Origin: Batkoa obscura
Lineage: Eukaryota
DNA length: 64,000 bases
Reading direction: 5' to 3'
Assembly: GCA_030770535.1 (NCBI GenBank)
Contig: JASVEC010000020.1
Location: forward strand, 620,001-684,000
Shown: positions 59,603 to 64,000 of the stretch, piece after piece
How positions within the stretch are numbered: position 1 is the stretch's first letter
How the letters are laid out: each line of letters begins with the position of its first letter
Made by a program: the position numbers and the translations under genes
The notes under the pieces: model-generated
Told to the model about the DNA's origin: nothing
The model's input: only the letters and a program-made list of their open reading frames with translations
The model's database searches: none

Positions 59603-61642
59603 ATGGCTTCAAAAGGAGACTTTGATCCTGCGACTTCGCCTGACGAAAAATATCAGTTAGATACAACTGAACATGACTCTGACGTTGACTCATATTATAA
59701 ACATGAAGACGATGGAATTGATGTCCAATTTACTTGGAGAGCTGCTATCATAGGTTCCATTTTAGGATCCATTGTTGCTGCTAGTAATATGTACCTTGGT
59801 TTAAAATCTGGATGGACTTTCTCTGCTTCTATTTTTGGTGCTATTCTTGGTTTTGGTATTCTTAAACCATTATCAAAATTGCCACCTGCTTGGGGTGGTG
59901 GCGAATTTGGTATGAAAGAAAATTGTACTGTTCAAACAGCTGCTACTGCTGCTGGTGGTCTTTCTGCTGGTTTTGTTGCAGGTGTTCCTGCTATGTTCCG
60001 TCTCGGATTACTTGATCCTGATATTACTAAACATTGGGGTATGTTCTTCTTATGGACATTAGCTGCTGGTTTTTATGGTTTATTCTTTGCTGTTCCTTTA
60101 AGATCTTATTTCGTTATCCAACAAAAGCTAATTTTCCCATCCCCTACTGCTTCAGCTAACACCATTCGCTCATTACATGCAGGTGATGGTGAAGAAGCTA
60201 GGACCCAAACTAGATGGATTATTTACTCTTTCTTAGGAGCTGTTATCCATAAAATTGTTGGGTATTTCGTTCCTTTCTTAATTGATATGCATGTCTTATT
60301 TTGGTTCTCTATTCCATCAGGTAACGCTGTTTTACAAGCAATTGATCCATTGTGGAGATGGCAGCTTCAAATCACAACCGCTTTCTTTGGAGCAGGTATG
60401 ATGGTAGGGCTGAATACTGCGGCATCTTTCCTCTTTGGTGATCTTTTAGCTTGGGCAATCATTGGTCCTATCTTGTTTTATGGCGACAACGATATTGTTG
60501 TTAAAAAATCACCATGGGGTTACAGTAAAGAGAAAGCAACTGTCCAATCTTGGAATTTATGGATCGGTATTGTTATTATGTTGTGCGCCTCCTTCACTGA
60601 ATTATTTATGCAATATAAATCTTTATGGAATGGCGTCAAAGGTGGTTTTATTCAACTTTGGAATCTTATTGCTAAGGTACTTCCCATCAAGAAGATTGAC
60701 TTTGACGGATCAGATAATAAAGATCCAGTTTCAGAGCATGAACTTATACCTACTTGGATGTGGATGTCTGGAACGCTGGTTTCTCTTATCCTTACTATTT
60801 TAGTATTATACTTTTACTTCGATATGAACGTAGGAGCTGGTATTTTAGCTGCGCTCTTAGGTTTTGTCTTCTCATTTATTGGATGTCAATCTTCTGGCGA
60901 AACTGATATTAATCCAACTGGTGTTATTGGAAAAGCATCTCAGTTCGTATTTGCTGGTATCCATGCTGAAACGTTACAACTTACTCAACTTCATAATTTA
61001 ATTGCTGGTGTTTTATCTGCTTCATGTGGATCTCAAACAGTAGATATGGTAGGTGATCTGAAAACGGGCCATTTATTACGTGCTTCACCACGTTCTCAAT
61101 TCTACGCACAAATTGTTGGTTCCGTATTTGGTATAGTTATTGCTGTAGTTTTATTCATGTTATTTGGTAAAGCATATCCCTGCATTTTAGTAAAAGAACC
61201 AGAAGGTGCACCAGCATGTACTTTCCCTGTTCCTGCAGTTTCTGCTTGGGCTGGTGTTACTGAAGCTTTAACATCTGATATCTTAAAGATGGTCCCAGAA
61301 TCTTGCCGTATTGCATGTTTAGTCTTTGGATTAGTTACAATTGCAACTATTGTTCTTAAGAACACTTACTTAAAGAAATACTCTGCTTATATTCCTAATT
61401 GGAACGCCATTGGGGTTGCTTTTGTTAATCCAGCACCATATATTCCAGTTGCTAACTTCATTGGAGCCTTAATTGCACTTGTATGGAACAAAATTAATCC
61501 AAGATACTGGAGTATTATGGGTATTGCCTTAGCATCTGGCTTGATTGCAGGTGAGGGTATTGGTGGGGTTTTCCATGCCATTTTCAATATTGCTGGGGTA
61601 ACTGAAGAAGAATACTCTACCACTTGGGCTATGCCTGTCTAA
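59603..61642 (+). CDS. OPT-superfamily transporter, YSL-like clade
   Basis: OPT motifs; first ATG at 59603; strong GCT/GGT/CTT codon bias suggests high expression. Confidence 0.93.
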   Translation: MASKGDFDPATSPDEKYQLDTTEHDSDVDSYYKHEDDGIDVQFTWRAAIIGSILGSIVAASNMYLGLKSGWTFSASIFGAILGFGILKPLSKLPPAWGGGEFGMKENCTVQTAATAAGGLSAGFVAGVPAMFRLGLLDPDITKHWGMFFLWTLAAGFYGLFFAVPLRSYFVIQQKLIFPSPTASANTIRSLHAGDGEEARTQTRWIIYSFLGAVIHKIVGYFVPFLIDMHVLFWFSIPSGNAVLQAIDPLWRWQLQITTAFFGAGMMVGLNTAASFLFGDLLAWAIIGPILFYGDNDIVVKKSPWGYSKEKATVQSWNLWIGIVIMLCASFTELFMQYKSLWNGVKGGFIQLWNLIAKVLPIKKIDFDGSDNKDPVSEHELIPTWMWMSGTLVSLILTILVLYFYFDMNVGAGILAALLGFVFSFIGCQSSGETDINPTGVIGKASQFVFAGIHAETLQLTQLHNLIAGVLSASCGSQTVDMVGDLKTGHLLRASPRSQFYAQIVGSVFGIVIAVVLFMLFGKAYPCILVKEPEGAPACTFPVPAVSAWAGVTEALTSDILKMVPESCRIACLVFGLVTIATIVLKNTYLKKYSAYIPNWNAIGVAFVNPAPYIPVANFIGALIALVWNKINPRYWSIMGIALASGLIAGEGIGGVFHAIFNIAGVTEEEYSTTWAMPV

Positions 61643-61828
61643 TTCTATTGTTATAATTTTGCATTTTCGACATTCTAATTTTAAATTATTGAATAATAAA
61701 TGAATACTTTTTATTTAACTGGAGTTTTGAATATTCACTTTTTGACTAGTTATATTTTTAATTTAAACTTCTAACAAGCGACTTCCATAGCATTTATAGT
61801 GGTGCCATGAAAATCATGAAATGGATAT

Positions 61829-61925
61829 GGAGGTGTCTTTTTTTGATTTTCATTACTTTTTCAATTTTTTAAGTACTATTTAAGTGGTAAAGTTATTAGC
61901 AAGATTTAAATAAAAAAACATCCTC
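61829..61925 (+). mobile_element. Degenerate MITE
   Basis: Recognisable body and TIRs; flanks ATAT/ATAG. Confidence 0.78.
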
Positions 61926-62771
61926 ATAGAAATATTATATTTAGAAAGTAAGGTTTTTTAATATTCATCTAGTATATTAAATTCTTCTTAAAATACATCT
62001 CCATATATCAAGTTTTGTTTATAAAAGGACTTTAGATTTCTATATCTTTTGTATGCCATATCAAGCCATAAAATGTTAACAATTCAAGCTTAAAATGACA
62101 AAAGAAATTTATTAACACTAATAATTTTAAATACATAATTTTAAAAAACTTTTATTATAAAGTAGATATAAATATATTTTAATGCAATTTTATTAAGTAG
62201 CTTTTAAGCAAGTTTTTTAAGCTTTTAAACAAGACTATGCTTAAATTTGTTAAAAAGTAAATAATTCATTAATTTTTGTAAATATCATTACTTTTTAAAA
62301 GACATCATAAGGTTTTGTAGTTTTATTAATAAAAATTGAAAATAAGTCTATAAAGGCGCGAAGTCAAATAAAGGACATTGTTTACAAAAAGCAGTAACTT
62401 GTTATTTACAGGGCGCCTAAATCAGATAATAACCTAGAAGCAAGAAGCATAAAGAGGAATTAAATTTAAAATTTAATAATCAAATGACTCTGAGTCATAT
62501 TAATTAGTAATGTATTCTTATAAAAAAAGTGTTAATTAGAAAAATCATAAGTAAAAATCACAGATTTCAAATAGAATAAAGATCTTAATTTAGCAAGCTC
62601 TCACTATACTGCTTCTTCTACTCTTCTATAGATACTATACTTCATTACTGATAGCTAACGCTTGAGTTTTTTTAAAGCACACCTTAATTAACTGCAAAAA
62701 TTCAAAATCCACAGTTCATTACTTTTCTCCCAACTCGATTTCTTAGTTTAATTTCCAACTATAGTAATCAT

Positions 62772-62789
62772 TTCTCGAAGTTGCTAGAA
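62772..62789. promoter_or_regulatory. Putative heat-shock element upstream of MDJ1
   Basis: TTCtcGAAgtTGCtaGAA: four phased nGAAn units with one mismatch, about 190 bp before the ATG of a chaperone gene. Confidence 0.6.
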
Positions 62790-62978
62790 AGCCAAAAAAG
62801 ACGTCATACTCCCTAATTTGATTTGAATTTGCAATAATCGAATTAATTAAGGGAATAATTCTTTTTATGAGCTAGATTGCAAGCTATTATTAATAGCTGA
62901 TTATCTTTTATTTTTTTAATTTTTTTTAGATTATCTTGTTAAAGAAAGTATTATTAATAATTAAAAAGCGAGATTCCA

Positions 62979-64000
62979 ATGCGAGTTTATAGTGTCACGC
63001 CAATATTAAGAACAATACAAAGATGTAGTGGAGTTTCTTCCAATTTCATTAAGTCAAGAAATATTAGTACTAAGTCTGCATTTCAAAAGCAAAGTAATTG
63101 GTATCAAAAAACACAAAAACATCAATTTCATCAATCTTCCGCTGTTTCTAAACAGGATTTTTATAAAACATTAGGTGTTGATAAAAAAGCATCAAGCTCT
63201 GAAATCAAAAAAGCTTATTATCAATTAGCTAAAAAATATCACCCAGATACTAACAAAGGTGATAAAAACGCTCAAGAAAAATTTATTGAAATTCAAGAAG
63301 CTTATGAGGTAAAAGAAGGTTTTGAATTTTAATCTATTTATATTAAATTTTTTTAAAAAACAGTGTTTATCTGATGAACAAAAAAGAGCAGCTTATGATC
63401 AATTTGGTCATGGGTTTGATGGTAGTGGTAAGCTATTTTTAAGAGTTAAATAATAATAATGATTTATTTTATATTTAAAGGTGGTTATAACCCAGGAGCT
63501 GGAGGGTTTGATGGGTTTGGAGGTTTTGGTCAAGGTGGTTTTTCACAAGGTTTTGGAGGAGGCCAAGGTTTCAATCCAGAAGATTTATTTTCACAATTTT
63601 TTGGTGGAGGTTTTGGTAAAGGAAGAGCAGGTAGAAGTGGCTTCGATTTAACTGGAGAAGATATCCAGGTAAAGAAATAGTACAATAATCCCAACTTAAT
63701 ACTAAACAACAATTTTTTAGGTTAATATGAATATTTCATTTATGGAAGCAGCTAAAGGAGTTAACAAAAAAGTACGTATTCAACCTATAATCAATTGTTC
63801 CACTTGTAAAGGTCATGGTACTAAAGATGCTAAGAAGCCAGATCCATGCCCAAGCTGTCATGGTTCAGGTCAACAAATATTTAATACAATGCAAGGTATA
63901 TTAGCAAGAACTTGTTCTACTTGTGATGGTTCAGGTGCCAAAGTAAAGAAAGGATCAGAGTGTAGTACCTGCGGTGGTATGGGTAGAGTTAGAGATAACA
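62979..64000 (+). CDS. MDJ1: Mitochondrial type-I DnaJ/Hsp40 (Mdj1/Tid1), truncated by the window end
   Basis: Arg/Ser-rich presequence, J-domain with HPD, G/F region, CxxCxGxG repeats. Exons 62979-63308, 63364-63427, 63481-63668, 63721 to window end. Confidence 0.92.

Noticed and set aside
51060..61170. Gene conversion among OPTs at SQFYAQIVGSVFG
   Set aside because: Synonymous differences are present, so purifying selection explains it.
3954..63712. Short antisense or alternate-frame ORFs overlapping real genes (3954, 7212, 10512, 12168, 16119, 24138, 27578, 35582, 44981, 45087, 49704, 55775, 60462, 61102, 61387, 63530)
   Set aside because: Shadow ORFs without motifs.

Overview
Very AT-rich eukaryotic DNA with short (about 50-100 nt) spliceosomal introns and fungal-type genes. 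It is most consistent with an early-diverging fungus, possibly Zoopagomycota/Entomophthoromycotina (inference). Genes: eight class-3 lipase paralogues, isocitrate lyase with a Gln/Ser repeat tail, four YSL-type OPT transporters, a Dilute-domain protein, an RNI-like LRR protein, an RNF126/115-like RING-H2 ligase carrying SIM-like motifs, a Bni4/Phactr-like PP1 regulator, mitochondrial DnaJ (MDJ1, truncated by the window end), and an 8-exon CENATAC/CCDC84 orthologue (minor-spliceosome factor) that the ORF track mostly misses. The main structure is a 2263-bp near-perfect inverted repeat (2113-4375 / 27342-29604) enclosing about 23 kb. It is the homogenised core of an older, diverged palindromic duplication of lipase genes. 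Mobile DNA: about 23 copies of a ~99-bp GGG...CCC MITE with 4-bp ANNT target duplications, a Sola-like transposase pseudogene hit twice by that MITE, a mariner relic, and three solo-LTR-like elements plus a fragment. All calls come from manual reading and motif recognition; no database searches were run.
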